A stretch of 64,000 nt of DNA from an uncultured Gammaproteobacteria bacterium (GCA_964588165.1 CAZPMS010000001.1:91303-155302); one strand, 5' to 3'. Numbered from the stretch's first letter, positions 9,371 to 19,645 are shown. The notes: generated by a model not told the origin, from the letters alone. A program made the numbers and translations.

Positions 9371-9799
9371 CTAAAAATTATTGGCAATAATAAGGGATAG
9401 GTTTGCAGCCAGCCAAGAATAAGCCTTAGTAAGGCTCTCCAACCTGTTTTTTGACAAATTAATGTCTTCTGGCTGGTTATTAACCAAATCAGTTACAGAA
9501 GCAACTAAAGAAAAATGTAACTCTTGATAATCAACAGGAACAGTTAGCGATAAAAGTTGTTTCTCAAATTCCTGATAAGAAATATTCTTTCCAGAGAATC
9601 GGCTTAAAACGCCCAAAAGATCCTGCCGATACTGTTCTTTTAGCTGATTTGGCTGGTTAAACTGGTCTATTACCTGTGTTTGTTGCTTTAACTCTTTAAT
9701 TGAATCTAATGTCATCTTTTCAAAAAGAGAACTGGTAGCTAAAACAGTTGAGGCAGAGAACAGAAAAATGGCCAAAAATAAAATTCGCCCTATACTCAT
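9371..9799 (-). CDS. Hypothetical secreted protein
   Basis: Signal peptide; co-oriented with neighbours. Confidence 0.7.
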   Translation of the reverse strand: MSIGRILFLAIFLFSASTVLATSSLFEKMTLDSIKELKQQTQVIDQFNQPNQLKEQYRQDLLGVLSRFSGKNISYQEFEKQLLSLTVPVDYQELHFSLVASVTDLVNNQPEDINLSKNRLESLTKAYSWLAANLSLIIANNF

Positions 9800-9851
9800 A
9801 AAATTAAAACTAAGAAATTAAATCTTAAATAAAACTTTTGATTTTTGATTT

Positions 9852-10277
9852 TTAAACTTCTTTGGGTTTATACATGGAACCAATCAGCAGTCCGGCTACC
9901 AAGTAGTTTAATAATCCGGTTACCAGCCAAAGTACTATTAACTCTCCTGGAACGGCCATTGTTAGCCAGGTTATTAAAAGGCCGGGCACCGTGCCAATTA
10001 GCCAAACCCAAAATCCGAATTGCAAGCCTTTGGCAGCTTTTTCATCCGGAATGGAAGTATAGAAAATTCCGTAAACTAAAGTGAAAATTAAACCGACTAT
10101 TAAATTGTAAATTAGCATATATACCCACCAGTTTCCGGTCATCTGCTTCCACAATGCCGGATCGGAAGCGGAATACAGGCTGCCAGAAAGCCAGCCCTCT
10201 ATGGATCCTAAAACAAACAAAACTATACCTATTAAAATACCGATCTGAAAAATCTTACCCTGATTATTTTTTACCAT
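9852..10277 (-). CDS. 4-TM membrane protein (DUF1761-like)
   Basis: Four hydrophobic helices, 'KGLQFGFWVWLIG' pattern. Confidence 0.7.
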   Translation of the reverse strand: MVKNNQGKIFQIGILIGIVLFVLGSIEGWLSGSLYSASDPALWKQMTGNWWVYMLIYNLIVGLIFTLVYGIFYTSIPDEKAAKGLQFGFWVWLIGTVPGLLITWLTMAVPGELIVLWLVTGLLNYLVAGLLIGSMYKPKEV

Positions 10278-10338
10278 AAATGTTGATAATTAATGATTGA
10301 TAATTAATGACTGATCGACCTTTATTATTTTATTTTTA

Positions 10339-10662
10339 CTAAATAAATCCTTCAGCCTTCATTTCTTGCCAGCTTTCTGAATTATCATCCCATTTATAAA
10401 CTTTAAAAGTATTGGTAACTTCATCTTCGGAATAAACAGTTTCCACACTAACACTGCTGCCTATCCTATTTGAATACTGTGTTTTTTTATCCAAAACTTT
10501 CGGCCTGGTAATCCATTCTACTTTCATTTTGCCCAGCGGGCCAATAAATTCAATTATTTCAAAATTTTCTTTACGTTCTTCATCTTTAATTTTTTCTTTT
10601 TTAAGTACTTCAAAATTTTCTAAAATTTTTTCTTTAATGTCTGGCCATTTATCTGGATGCAT
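10339..10662 (-). CDS. Hypothetical protein
   Basis: Clean 107-aa ORF in a co-oriented gene run. Confidence 0.75.
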   Translation of the reverse strand: MHPDKWPDIKEKILENFEVLKKEKIKDEERKENFEIIEFIGPLGKMKVEWITRPKVLDKKTQYSNRIGSSVSVETVYSEDEVTNTFKVYKWDDNSESWQEMKAEGFI

Positions 10663-10705
10663 AATTTGGTAATCGGTAACTAGTTACTAACTTATTATAG
10701 CATTA

Positions 10706-11473
10706 TTATTGTTTTTTTTCAGTATTATTATCCACTGGCTTCCATTCTTTAGAAAAAGACTTGCCGGTTGTAACATAGCTTAACCAGTTAAGAAGCCATC
10801 TAATATTAACTCTTACCCAGCCATCCTGATGGTACCGTTGTGCTGAACCATAAGCCACAAAATTTTTTAAAGAAACAGTTTTACCAATCCTACTAAGCCT
10901 TCTAAACAAATCAACATCTTCTTGGGTAATTAAAGATTCTTTATAACCTCCTATTTTTTCAAAAGCCTCTCTTTTAACAAACTGAACCCAGCCCATGGCT
11001 ATGCCCAGTTTAACTTTATTTAAACCTTTTATGGTTTTATTAATTACCCATAAGTTTAATTTATCTACCTTGTTTTCCTCTTCTGGATGAAATCTTACTT
11101 GCAAAGTAATGCCAACACTTTTTGGCTTTTCTTGCATAACAGAAATTACTTTTTTTACAAAATCATCAAGCCGTTCTATTTGCACGCCGCAATCCATAAA
11201 AAATAAATATTTGCCTCTGGCCAAGCCGGCTCCTTTATTCCTGTTTTCGGCAATGCTGGTATTTTTTTCTCCTGGCTGGCGTATGTAAACTTTATCAGCT
11301 AAATTTTTAGCCACCTCTACTGTTTTATCGGTTGAACCGCCATCTGCCACAATAATTTCTTTATCAAGCCAAGTTAACCTTTTTAAAGGATTAATTGTTT
11401 TAGCAATATCTTCTTCCTCATTTAAAACAGGGATGATAAATGAGATTAATGGTTTTTTTTCTTGTTGATTCAT
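10706..11473 (-). CDS. Glycosyltransferase family 2
   Basis: 'ISFIIPVLNEE', 'IIVADGGSTDKT', 'RNKGA', 'EDVDL'. Confidence 0.92.
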   Translation of the reverse strand: MNQQEKKPLISFIIPVLNEEEDIAKTINPLKRLTWLDKEIIVADGGSTDKTVEVAKNLADKVYIRQPGEKNTSIAENRNKGAGLARGKYLFFMDCGVQIERLDDFVKKVISVMQEKPKSVGITLQVRFHPEEENKVDKLNLWVINKTIKGLNKVKLGIAMGWVQFVKREAFEKIGGYKESLITQEDVDLFRRLSRIGKTVSLKNFVAYGSAQRYHQDGWVRVNIRWLLNWLSYVTTGKSFSKEWKPVDNNTEKKQ

Positions 11474-11512
11474 AATAAATTTTTAAACAAACTACTCACT
11501 ACTATCTACAAA

Positions 11513-12199
11513 CTAGTTGCCCCCAAACCTCCTTTGCCGCCTATTAAACTCTTCAAAGGCTTTATCTAAATCTTTTTCAGTAAAAGCCGGCCAGCATTTT
11601 TTTGTAAAATACAATTCACTGTAAGCTGCCTCCCATAATAAAAAACCTGATGTGCGCAGTTCTCCCGATGTCCTGATAACCAAATCCGGCGGTGGCATTT
11701 TAGGATCATAAAGATATTTTTGAAAAACTTCCGGAGTTACTTTTTTTATACCAGCCTTAATAAATTTATTGATAGCGTCAATAATTTCGGCCTGGCCCCC
11801 GTAATTTAAAGCTACATTTAAAATCCCTTTATTATTATTTTTAGTAAGTTCCATTGCACTGTAACAAGCTTTTTCTAATTTTTTTGGTAATTGATGTAGG
11901 CGTCCAAGAACTTGCACTTTTATACCTCTTTTATGAAAAGTTTGTAAATCTTTAGTAAAGGCTTGTTCTAAAAGTTTCATTAGATAATTCACTTCGGCTT
12001 TTGACCGATCCCAATTTTCTGTGGAAAAAGCCCAAAGCGTCAAAATTTTTACTCCTCTATCTAAGCACCAATCACCTATCTTTAAAACTTTATTATAGCC
12101 TCTTTTATGGCCAATAAGGGTTGGTAAGCCTCTTTGCCTAGCCCAACGGCGGTTACCATCCATAATAATGCCTAAATGCTTTATTTTTGACTTTTTCAT
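11513..12199 (-). CDS. uppS: Undecaprenyl diphosphate synthase
   Basis: 'HLGIIMDGNRRWA', 'FSTENW', 'PDLVIRTSGELRTSGFLLWE', 'RRFGG'. Confidence 0.97.
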   Translation of the reverse strand: MKKSKIKHLGIIMDGNRRWARQRGLPTLIGHKRGYNKVLKIGDWCLDRGVKILTLWAFSTENWDRSKAEVNYLMKLLEQAFTKDLQTFHKRGIKVQVLGRLHQLPKKLEKACYSAMELTKNNNKGILNVALNYGGQAEIIDAINKFIKAGIKKVTPEVFQKYLYDPKMPPPDLVIRTSGELRTSGFLLWEAAYSELYFTKKCWPAFTEKDLDKAFEEFNRRQRRFGGN

Positions 12200-12400
12200 A
12201 AATAAATATTGCTCATATTATACCATTTTAAGGCTTTACCAAGAATTGACAAAAATATCAAAATATGCTATGATTATATCCATAAGTTCTTTAAATAGAT
12301 AACAAGAAAACAAACGGAAATACCAGTATTTGATCTAGATACAAGCGCTACGCTGGACATGCTGAACCAAAATTCAGCTAAAAACAGCAAGGGAGAGATC

Positions 12401-12880
12401 ATGGAAAATTTCCTCGATTGGCTGCAGAAAGCATTAACAGCCATACAAAACTCCGTCCTCTACGGTATCGGATCCTGGTTTATACTGGGTATTCTGATTG
12501 TCAGCCTTTCTGTATTGATTATTATCCTACACCGTCAGATGATTTTCCACTGGATAGCCGGAGCAACTCTGGTAATATCCGCAACCTCTATTTGGTACTG
12601 GCGATGCCCACTCATGGATTGGGCTATAATTTCCTTAATGAACAGAGGTTGGAGTAACCTATCAATCACCTTGGCTACATGGCTTGTTATTACATACCTT
12701 GTGATGACAATTATAGCTATTGGCTATAAATATAGGCCATGGAATTTCAAGAGAATGCCATTTAAGTTGAGGCTGTTATTCCTACCCACCTTCCCGATTT
12801 TACTATTAATCCACTTTTTTTCTTGGATTGGCAGTAAATTCACAAACCAACACAGTTGCCCTGCAACTGCCATTAATTAG
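12401..12880 (+). CDS. Orphan membrane protein (SD-led cassette)
   Basis: Own TTGACA promoter at ~12247, SD GGGAG, several TM segments, hairpin/T-run at ~12900-12935. Confidence 0.65.
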   Translation: MENFLDWLQKALTAIQNSVLYGIGSWFILGILIVSLSVLIIILHRQMIFHWIAGATLVISATSIWYWRCPLMDWAIISLMNRGWSNLSITLATWLVITYLVMTIIAIGYKYRPWNFKRMPFKLRLLFLPTFPILLLIHFFSWIGSKFTNQHSCPATAIN

Positions 12881-13078
12881 AAAATTACTTAAGCGACATA
12901 AAACCGACGCAATACACCGCGCCGGTTTTTCTTTTATAAAAAAACAAACTTCCTTTTTTTGGAAGTTGTTTATCGATAACGTACAGAGCCTACTTTTTTA
13001 CCTTGCCTTTTCCGTTTTTTCTTATTAGCTATTTTCTTCTTCTTATACATAGCCTAATTTATTTAAATTATTTTTCTT

Positions 13079-13594
13079 CTACTTTTTCCCGCCTGTTTTG
13101 ATTAAACCAATTATAGTTTGTTTAATCTGTTCTTTACTCTCACTGGTAAATATATAAGATGGTTCAAGACGTTCCCCATCTTTTAAAGTAATAATTAATC
13201 TGTCGCCAACAGCCAATTCAGCAATTTCAACTTCATCCATTTCTTGAATTTCATTAGCTAAATTTCTGAAAAAGATATGTTTTTCAATTGATTGGTCTAG
13301 GTAATCTTCCAAATCAACCGGCTCGGTAATAGTCATCTTTTCATTTTTTCCACTAATTACTTTGTCAATTTTACCGGTTTTCATTTTTGATATATACGAC
13401 TTTAAACCATCCTTAAATTCAACAACAAAAAAATCGCCTTCACAACTAACAGATTCAACCTGATTCAATTCAGGGTTATTGCTATTTTTATATCTTTGTT
13501 CAACGGCTGAACATAATTCATTATACCATTCTTCACTGCCTCTGCCCTTATTACATTTTTCAAAACTATTTTGCATATTATTATCGCTCATCAA
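13079..13594 (-). CDS. Hypothetical protein
   Basis: 171-aa ORF downstream of dut; two loosely similar halves (VESVSCEG...VEFKDG / VEIAELAVG...ITLKDG). Confidence 0.7.
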   Translation of the reverse strand: MMSDNNMQNSFEKCNKGRGSEEWYNELCSAVEQRYKNSNNPELNQVESVSCEGDFFVVEFKDGLKSYISKMKTGKIDKVISGKNEKMTITEPVDLEDYLDQSIEKHIFFRNLANEIQEMDEVEIAELAVGDRLIITLKDGERLEPSYIFTSESKEQIKQTIIGLIKTGGKK

Positions 13595-13625
13595 TCATTA
13601 ATTATTAGTCATTAATTATCAATTA

Positions 13626-14048
13626 TCATCTCCCTGTTGAACCAAACTGCCCGCCTCCTCTAGCACTTTCTGCCAATTCATCAACTTCTTCCAGCTCCCC
13701 TCTTTCATAAGGATATATTATCAGTTGGGCCAGTTTGTCACCTTTTTTTACTTGATATGGTTCGGTTGAAAGATTAATTAGCTCTATATTATATTCGCCT
13801 CTAAAACCTGAATCAAAAACCCCGCCCATAGTATGTAAACCGAATTTATGAGGCGGTCCGCCTTTATCCTTTACTATAGCCACATTGCCTTCTGGAAATT
13901 CTAAAGCAAAACCTAATTTAAAATTATGCCTAGTACCCGGATTTAGTTCAAAATCTTCCCTGGAAAACATATCCATACCAGCATCGCCCGGCAAAGCATA
14001 TTCAGGTAACTTAACATCGGGATAAAGTTTTTTTACCTTTACTTTCAT
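13626..14048 (-). CDS. dut: dUTP diphosphatase
   Basis: 'GDAGMD', 'GVFDSGFRGE', 'KGDKLAQL', 'RGGGQFGSTG'; start MKVKVKK. Confidence 0.96.
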   Translation of the reverse strand: MKVKVKKLYPDVKLPEYALPGDAGMDMFSREDFELNPGTRHNFKLGFALEFPEGNVAIVKDKGGPPHKFGLHTMGGVFDSGFRGEYNIELINLSTEPYQVKKGDKLAQLIIYPYERGELEEVDELAESARGGGQFGSTGR

Positions 14049-14160
14049 ATTTAATAGATTACTATAAAAAGAAATAAGATACAAGAAACAAAAAAGGTCG
14101 CAAAAATGAGACCCTGTAATACTAAATTTACATGTCAAGGATAAATTTGATTCTAAATAA

Positions 14161-14352
14161 CTATTTTTTGAAAACCACGTAGTGGACTCTGGCCAAGCAC
14201 AAAGCGCCTAAGACAACCCACCACCAGATATTAACATCCATTATCCCGGGAATTAACTTAACCAGGATAAAGCCTACAAACAGGCCGCAAATGGCTACCA
14301 GCTTATAATCCATAAAGCCCATAGTAACCTGAAATTTACCTTTTTTAAACAT
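14161..14352 (-). CDS. Small 2-TM membrane protein
   Basis: 63-aa hydrophobic ORF. Confidence 0.6.
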   Translation of the reverse strand: MFKKGKFQVTMGFMDYKLVAICGLFVGFILVKLIPGIMDVNIWWWVVLGALCLARVHYVVFKK

Positions 14353-14405
14353 GGGGATATTAGTTAATAATTAACTTTTTTTATTGTAGCATTTTTGATA
14401 AAAAC

Positions 14406-14472
14406 AAAAAAGCTCTACCTTAATAGTACGAACGCGCCGCGGCGCGTTCCCACATATAGACAAAGCTTTTTT
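14406..14472. repeat. REP-like palindrome family A (GTACGAACGCGCC..GGCGCGTTCC) in an A-tract/T-tract stem
   Basis: Same core at 25175-25236, 43353-43414 and 44386-44448. Confidence 0.8.
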
Positions 14473-14590
14473 GTAGTCGGGGTAACCCATAAATCCAAAT
14501 TTTAGATAATTGATACTATTAATAAAATAAACCCGCTTCTTTTGTAAGAAACGGGTTTTGTATAAAACCAATACTGATTGATTTGGAGGA

Positions 14591-15832
14591 TCAATCGCCA
14601 ACTGCATCTTCAACCAATTGGACGATCCGATCAACCGAGGCCCCACCTACCAGCGGTACAGCTTCAGCAAATTTGGCTGCTGAAACAACATGGTCTGCCG
14701 GATTTTCTAAGGCAGCTGTTATAACAGCTTCAAAATCTTCGAGACGCTCCAGCCCGGGAAGCAATCTAGAAGCCACAGCCAACGGATACCTACTGCCAAC
14801 TGACCGGTTATGCTCTGCTTGGACTTGGGGAGTTACCAAGTTAAATCCCGGTGTTCCCCAAACTGAATTAAACAAGGCAATATTGCTGTACGCGGAAAGT
14901 ACCAGATCAGCCGGAACAAGATCAGGGGGAAATCCGTCGGTTCCAAGGGTACTATACTTCTGACGCAGTTGCCCGATGCCACCCGTGACAAATAACAACT
15001 GTTCCCGTGGGCTCCAAGGTTCATTGGTTAGTTTCGTGAAGCCTTGATCCTCAAAGAAATCCAGAAATACCTGGCCACGCCTCATCATTTCTTGAGCTGT
15101 GCCAGAATAGGGCTTTGGATATTCCTTAAACACTTTGGGATGTGGCGCCACGATCAGAACAGCTCCAATTTTCTTGGCAATCTCAATCACCATTTCCAAC
15201 CCAGGCTTGTCCACAGCTAAAGTACTGGTGCAGGAATAAAAAATCACTTTGCTATGATGACAGCCCAAAACCATTTTCCAATCTCGAACCAACCGTTGCC
15301 ATTCTTCCGTCTGATCCTGTGTCGGTAAGGAAAAATCAGGAATTCCAACTTCGAAAATTTGGTGTGCCAACACGCCTTCTTCTTCTGCCAACAACCTACC
15401 AGCTTTGTTAATAACCAGATACCTGATGCCCGATTCATAAACCGGTGTAACAGCACCTGGGTTTGCTAAGCTGGACCGGATTACTGCGCCAGGAATGTCT
15501 TCCAAACGTAGAATCGGAATTTGGCACTCTTGTGCCTTGGTTTCGATATCAAGTTGGATGACATCGCAGGCAGGATCAGCTACATGAATAACGGCCTTGA
15601 TTGCAGGCCAGGGAATCGCGTCAACCTCATCAACTTTACCCTGATAATGCCCATTTGCAACCAGCTTACGCTGTTTGGTTTCAGCCACATCAGCTGCGGC
15701 AACTACCACCCAGGCAAACTTTTTCAGCAAGGCCGGGATAATCACCAAGCCGTACTGATGCATGCGTAAGGAAGTTTCGTCCCAAAGGACAGTTCCTTTG
15801 TCGGCAGTGCCCCTCAATTCAAATACGTACAT
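14591..15832 (-). CDS. Orphan GT-B-fold-like protein (glycosyl/glycerophospho-transferase or epimerase-like)
   Basis: 'APHPK', 'ADLVLSAYSNIALFNSVWGTPGF' (cf. ADLVITDYS...GKP) and C-terminal 'GGASVDRIVQLV'; GC-richer, SD GGGG, own TTGACA at 15916-15911. Confidence 0.6.
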   Translation of the reverse strand: MYVFELRGTADKGTVLWDETSLRMHQYGLVIIPALLKKFAWVVVAAADVAETKQRKLVANGHYQGKVDEVDAIPWPAIKAVIHVADPACDVIQLDIETKAQECQIPILRLEDIPGAVIRSSLANPGAVTPVYESGIRYLVINKAGRLLAEEEGVLAHQIFEVGIPDFSLPTQDQTEEWQRLVRDWKMVLGCHHSKVIFYSCTSTLAVDKPGLEMVIEIAKKIGAVLIVAPHPKVFKEYPKPYSGTAQEMMRRGQVFLDFFEDQGFTKLTNEPWSPREQLLFVTGGIGQLRQKYSTLGTDGFPPDLVPADLVLSAYSNIALFNSVWGTPGFNLVTPQVQAEHNRSVGSRYPLAVASRLLPGLERLEDFEAVITAALENPADHVVSAAKFAEAVPLVGGASVDRIVQLVEDAVGD

Positions 15833-15942
15833 TGTATCCCCTTTCGCGGGTTTAAGGTTTTAAATGAAATGATCTAAAATGATATTTTAAACTATCAAAA
15901 AAGGTTGTTTTTGTCAAGATAATACAAAAAATCTACAAATAA

Positions 15943-16062
15943 ATCACAGATGTTCACAGATCTATCACGGATATACAACAGATGGCACACCTATATTAGT
16001 ATCAGTGATTAATCCGCGCTTCATCGGTGATAGATCGGTGAATTATCTGCAAACTTTCTGCG
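15943..16062. repeat. Periodic ~11-nt inverted repeat array (CACAGAT / ATCGGTG type)
   Basis: aatcacagatgttcacagatctatcacggat...atcagtgattaatccgcgcttcatcggtgatagatcggtg. Confidence 0.75.
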
Positions 16063-16147
16063 TAAATAAATTAATTTGACAAATATATTAAATATTAGAT
16101 AAAAATACTTTAGAACATTACATCATTCAAAAAAATTGGAGCAGAAG

Positions 16148-16426
16148 ATGGGTAGACCAGATAAGCTAACTCATGATCTGTATATTAATGTGTTCAAGAA
16201 GATGCATCAGAAACTGAAAAAAAAGTATGGAGTAGGTGCGCTAATTGTAATTACACAAAATAAAAATGATCTAGGTCCGTTTGAATCATCAGCGCATGCT
16301 ATAACTCAAATGAATGTCCAGGGAATTAAACAAGGAACATACATTATTCAAACAATACACGAGAGTCCCGGCGATCCATTCTATTGTTTATTTACTGCCT
16401 CCAACGATTCGCTACAAGCTTGTTAA
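16148..16426 (+). CDS. Small DUF5678-like protein, paralog 1
   Basis: 'LKKKYGVG...GPFESSAHAI...G...YIIQ'; own TTGACA and SD GGAG. Confidence 0.7.
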   Translation: MGRPDKLTHDLYINVFKKMHQKLKKKYGVGALIVITQNKNDLGPFESSAHAITQMNVQGIKQGTYIIQTIHESPGDPFYCLFTASNDSLQAC

Positions 16427-16450
16427 TTCCATATTAAATATGGATGGCCC

Positions 16451-16480
16451 AAAAGGATAACCATCACGATTATCCTTTTT
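16451..16480 (+). terminator. Intrinsic terminator (shared cassette type)
   Basis: AAAAGGATAA-ccatcacga-TTATCCTTTTT. Confidence 0.8.
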
Positions 16481-16657
16481 TAATTTAATTGATTTTTAAA
16501 ACTCTAAATAATTAGCATTTCTTATCCACACCCACACCTTGACAAATCTTTTTATTTATATACTGTTAAAGTAAGGCATATTGTACATTTACACAAACAA
16601 CAAGCATTTTTCCATAGATAGTATAGATAGTATTGTAACTAACAGGAGGGAAAGGCC

Positions 16658-17329
16658 ATGAACAGGCTTGTTTTAAGTATGCTTCTGGCACTGATTCTCG
16701 CCTTTGTTCCAGGTTGTGATATAATAGAGGATCTAGGGATTGGGCCTGAAGGAGCAGAAGATCAGCAGGATCAAATAGTAGGCTATGTTGACCAGGGCAG
16801 CCTGCTTGTTTCCGGCAAGGAAAACTACGAAGACATAGCGCCTGGGCTATCAAGAGACTGGACCGTAGAAACTGGTTGTGAGATTCAGGTTTACTGGAAA
16901 AAAAACAATGATATTACCGGCTTCCGACAAATGGCGGCTATTATTGATTTGAACGGCTCGCGTTCTGTAACAATCAAGGCTGTTTCCCAACAAAATGTAT
17001 CGGGTAGCTGGTCGTTAACCGGCAGGTACATTACCAAGAATGACCAATTCTTTGTTCCAGATGAAGCCACACTAACGCCTGATAGTAGCCTGGCTATGCA
17101 CATGGACGATGGAAGGTTTGATCCTGAACTGGCAGTTGTGAGTACGCTGGAAAGGTGGGGCCTAATAGATCCCGGTTCGGTAAAGTTTACGTTGAATCAC
17201 TTTGATGTAAACCTTAATCAGCTAATTGTCCTTTCTGTTCCAGATTCAGTAGAAGCCAACGCCATAATGCTTAATCTGGCAGATGCTTACGATCAAATAT
17301 GGGGCTCTATTGTATTTGAAATCTATTAG
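16658..17329 (+). CDS. Orphan lipoprotein
   Basis: Lipobox-like 'FVPGC', SD AGGAGG, own TTGACA promoter and terminator (17354-17386). Confidence 0.75.
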   Translation: MNRLVLSMLLALILAFVPGCDIIEDLGIGPEGAEDQQDQIVGYVDQGSLLVSGKENYEDIAPGLSRDWTVETGCEIQVYWKKNNDITGFRQMAAIIDLNGSRSVTIKAVSQQNVSGSWSLTGRYITKNDQFFVPDEATLTPDSSLAMHMDDGRFDPELAVVSTLERWGLIDPGSVKFTLNHFDVNLNQLIVLSVPDSVEANAIMLNLADAYDQIWGSIVFEIY

Positions 17330-17481
17330 AGCTTTATCTACCACTGATCACCCACGGCAAAGTCATCATTGACCTTGCCGTTTTTTCTTTGTATTATATT
17401 TGACAAAACATTAAAAATTAGTAAAAATCAAACTAGTTCCTTACAAAACATTCAACTAAGCATAAACATTCGGAGCTGACC

Positions 17482-17757
17482 GTGGAAAAACAACAAATTG
17501 TAGAAAATTTTGAATTTTTCAAAAGCAGATATTATGAGCTTCTCAAAAAGCATGGTGAAAAACTTGAAACAGAGATCTGGTTTACAATTGTAGAGAAAAA
17601 AATCCATGGCCCATTTGAATCAGCATCAGAAGCCATTAATGTAATGGCGGAGAAAGGATATAATGAAAATGATTATTTGCTTCAAATTATGACAGGCGAC
17701 CCTTCAGATTTAATGGACTGTCATTCAAGGGCAACAGAGCACAGTGTCATTAAATAA
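17482..17757 (+). CDS. Small DUF5678-like protein, paralog 2
   Basis: 'NFEFFKSRYYELLKKHG...HGPFESASEAI...GY...YLLQ'; GTG start with SD GGAG. Confidence 0.75.
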   Translation: MEKQQIVENFEFFKSRYYELLKKHGEKLETEIWFTIVEKKIHGPFESASEAINVMAEKGYNENDYLLQIMTGDPSDLMDCHSRATEHSVIK

Positions 17758-17800
17758 TTAATAACCCTTTATATTTCAATATTGGCAAACTAGCCAACCC

Positions 17801-17830
17801 AAAAGGATAACCACTACGATTATCCTTTTT
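17801..17830 (+). terminator. Intrinsic terminator (shared cassette type)
   Basis: AAAAGGATAA-ccactacga-TTATCCTTTTT. Confidence 0.8.
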
Positions 17831-17924
17831 TCTTTATTTATAAATTTGACAAATATATTAATTTTAAGTAAATTTTGGTTAGTTCTTTCAAACAAGTTCA
17901 TCATTTTCAAACACGAGGTTTAAA

Positions 17925-18200
17925 ATGGATATATTAGACATAAAAAACTCGGAAGCAGTAAATAATTTCATCAAAACTAACCTCCAAGTATTTATTGACA
18001 AATATGGTATTGGTAGTTATATAGCAATAACACCAGACACAAAAGATCACGGTCCTTTTATATCAGTTATTGAAGGCACAACTATAATGGATAGTGATGG
18101 ATTTCCAATGGGCAGTTACATTCTCTACCAAATAGAAACGGTGTTTGGTGAAAACCGTCCATACAAAATAGGAGGAACGGTCGTTCAGCAGACCAACTAA
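17925..18200 (+). CDS. Small DUF5678-like protein, paralog 3
   Basis: 'FIDKYGIGSYIAI...HGPFIS...GFPMGSYILYQI'; SD GAGG. Confidence 0.7.
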   Translation: MDILDIKNSEAVNNFIKTNLQVFIDKYGIGSYIAITPDTKDHGPFISVIEGTTIMDSDGFPMGSYILYQIETVFGENRPYKIGGTVVQQTN

Positions 18201-18217
18201 TTATGAATCTACACAAC

Positions 18218-18249
18218 AAAAGGATAATCATCATGACTATCCTTTTTTT
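18218..18249 (+). terminator. Intrinsic terminator (shared cassette type)
   Basis: AAAAGGATAATCA-tca-TGACTATCCTTTTTTT. Confidence 0.8.
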
Positions 18250-18366
18250 CTTTTTTTAAATTTAATTGAGTTGATTTTTGTATTCTTCAATAGATTGGTA
18301 AAATCGTTCCTTATTTTCATCAGCTATTGGCTCACCCGCTCCTCGACAAGCTCGAAACAGATTATA

Positions 18367-19632
18367 TTAATCAAGTTGCTCGCTAAATTTCTTTATCTCT
18401 TGAAAAAATCTGTCTTTATTCTCATCAGCAATAGGTTCGCCTGGTGGCAGAACTTCGGTTTGCGGATTTATTTTAGTGCCATGTTTTACCATTTCGTAAT
18501 GCAAATGCGGTCCGGTGGAAAGGCCTGTAGAGCCAACCTTGCCGATAACTTCACCCTGTTTAACCTTTTGGCCGTAGCTGACCAAAATTTTTGATTGATG
18601 GGCGTAATTGGTGGAATAAGTTCCGTTGTGATGAATAGTGGTTAAGTAACCATAGCCCGCGCTGCTCCAGCCGGCAAAAATAACTGTGCCATCACCAACC
18701 GATCTGATTGGCGTACCAGATGGTGCTGCATAATCAATGGCCCGATGGTTGGTACACAAATTGTAATAAGAAAGACACCTAAGGCCGGTGGTAAATCCGG
18801 AAGTAATATATTTATAATGGATCGGCGCCTTTAAGAACATCTTCTGTACCGAATTGCCGTCTGGATCAAAAAAGCCTTTGTTCTCCTCATGCTCTTCAAA
18901 ATAATAAACTCTAAACTCTTCTCCGGCGTTAATATATTTACCGGCCAAAACTTGGCCCGGCATTATATATTCACCTTCCCTGTATCTTTCTTCATAAATA
19001 AATTTAAAAGTATCGCCAACTCTGGGGTCTATGGCAAAATCTATGGTCCATTGGTAAGCATCAGAAAGATCTATAATAGCCCAAACATCAACATCATTAT
19101 CCAGAGCCCATTGGTACAAAGATGATTCCAATTTACCCTCAACCGTTTTTACCTTAATTTCATAATCAATAACCCTTCGTTCGGCAACCCAAACATTCTC
19201 TTCTACTGATTCAACTGTTGATGTGCTAATATCTTTCTGATTACCAGTTACTGATTCCTGTTTACTAACATATAGTTCTTCTTCACTATCTATTTGATAC
19301 ATTATTTGGGCTAGCTCATTTGTTTCTTTACTGTAATACAAATTTAAAAACCGCCCGACTCTAATGCTGGATAAATCATAAATATCTTCTGCTGCTGCAA
19401 AAATGGCGGTTGATACATTTGGATCAACTTCGGCTTGTTCCATTAAGATTCCATAGGTGGAATTGGGTGTGATTTCTACTTGAACAACATTATACTTTTC
19501 TTCAACTTGCTCCTGGATGGTTGCTTCTTTATTTTCTTGATAAAACTTAAATCCCCCGCTTTGGTTATTAAGCAATAAAAAAACAGCAATAATTGCCAAG
19601 GTGATAAATATGTAGATTGGTTTTATTTTCAT
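18367..19632 (-). CDS. M23 family peptidoglycan DD-endopeptidase (MepM-like)
   Basis: 'HRAIDYAAPSGTPI', 'YAHQS', 'GSTGLSTGPHLHYE'. Confidence 0.93.
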   Translation of the reverse strand: MKIKPIYIFITLAIIAVFLLLNNQSGGFKFYQENKEATIQEQVEEKYNVVQVEITPNSTYGILMEQAEVDPNVSTAIFAAAEDIYDLSSIRVGRFLNLYYSKETNELAQIMYQIDSEEELYVSKQESVTGNQKDISTSTVESVEENVWVAERRVIDYEIKVKTVEGKLESSLYQWALDNDVDVWAIIDLSDAYQWTIDFAIDPRVGDTFKFIYEERYREGEYIMPGQVLAGKYINAGEEFRVYYFEEHEENKGFFDPDGNSVQKMFLKAPIHYKYITSGFTTGLRCLSYYNLCTNHRAIDYAAPSGTPIRSVGDGTVIFAGWSSAGYGYLTTIHHNGTYSTNYAHQSKILVSYGQKVKQGEVIGKVGSTGLSTGPHLHYEMVKHGTKINPQTEVLPPGEPIADENKDRFFQEIKKFSEQLD

Positions 19633-19645
19633 GTGAATATTTATC

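Noticed and set aside
12970-13050. 26-aa Lys/Arg-rich ORF on the minus strand (MYKKKKIANKKKRKRQGKKVGSVRYR)
   Set aside because: Very short, low complexity and easily produced by A-rich sequence; no recognisable family.
16070-18250. Integron cassette array
   Set aside because: No integrase in the window, and the repeated hairpins lack attC RYYYAAC/GTTRRRY cores; they look like intrinsic terminators and each gene has its own promoter.
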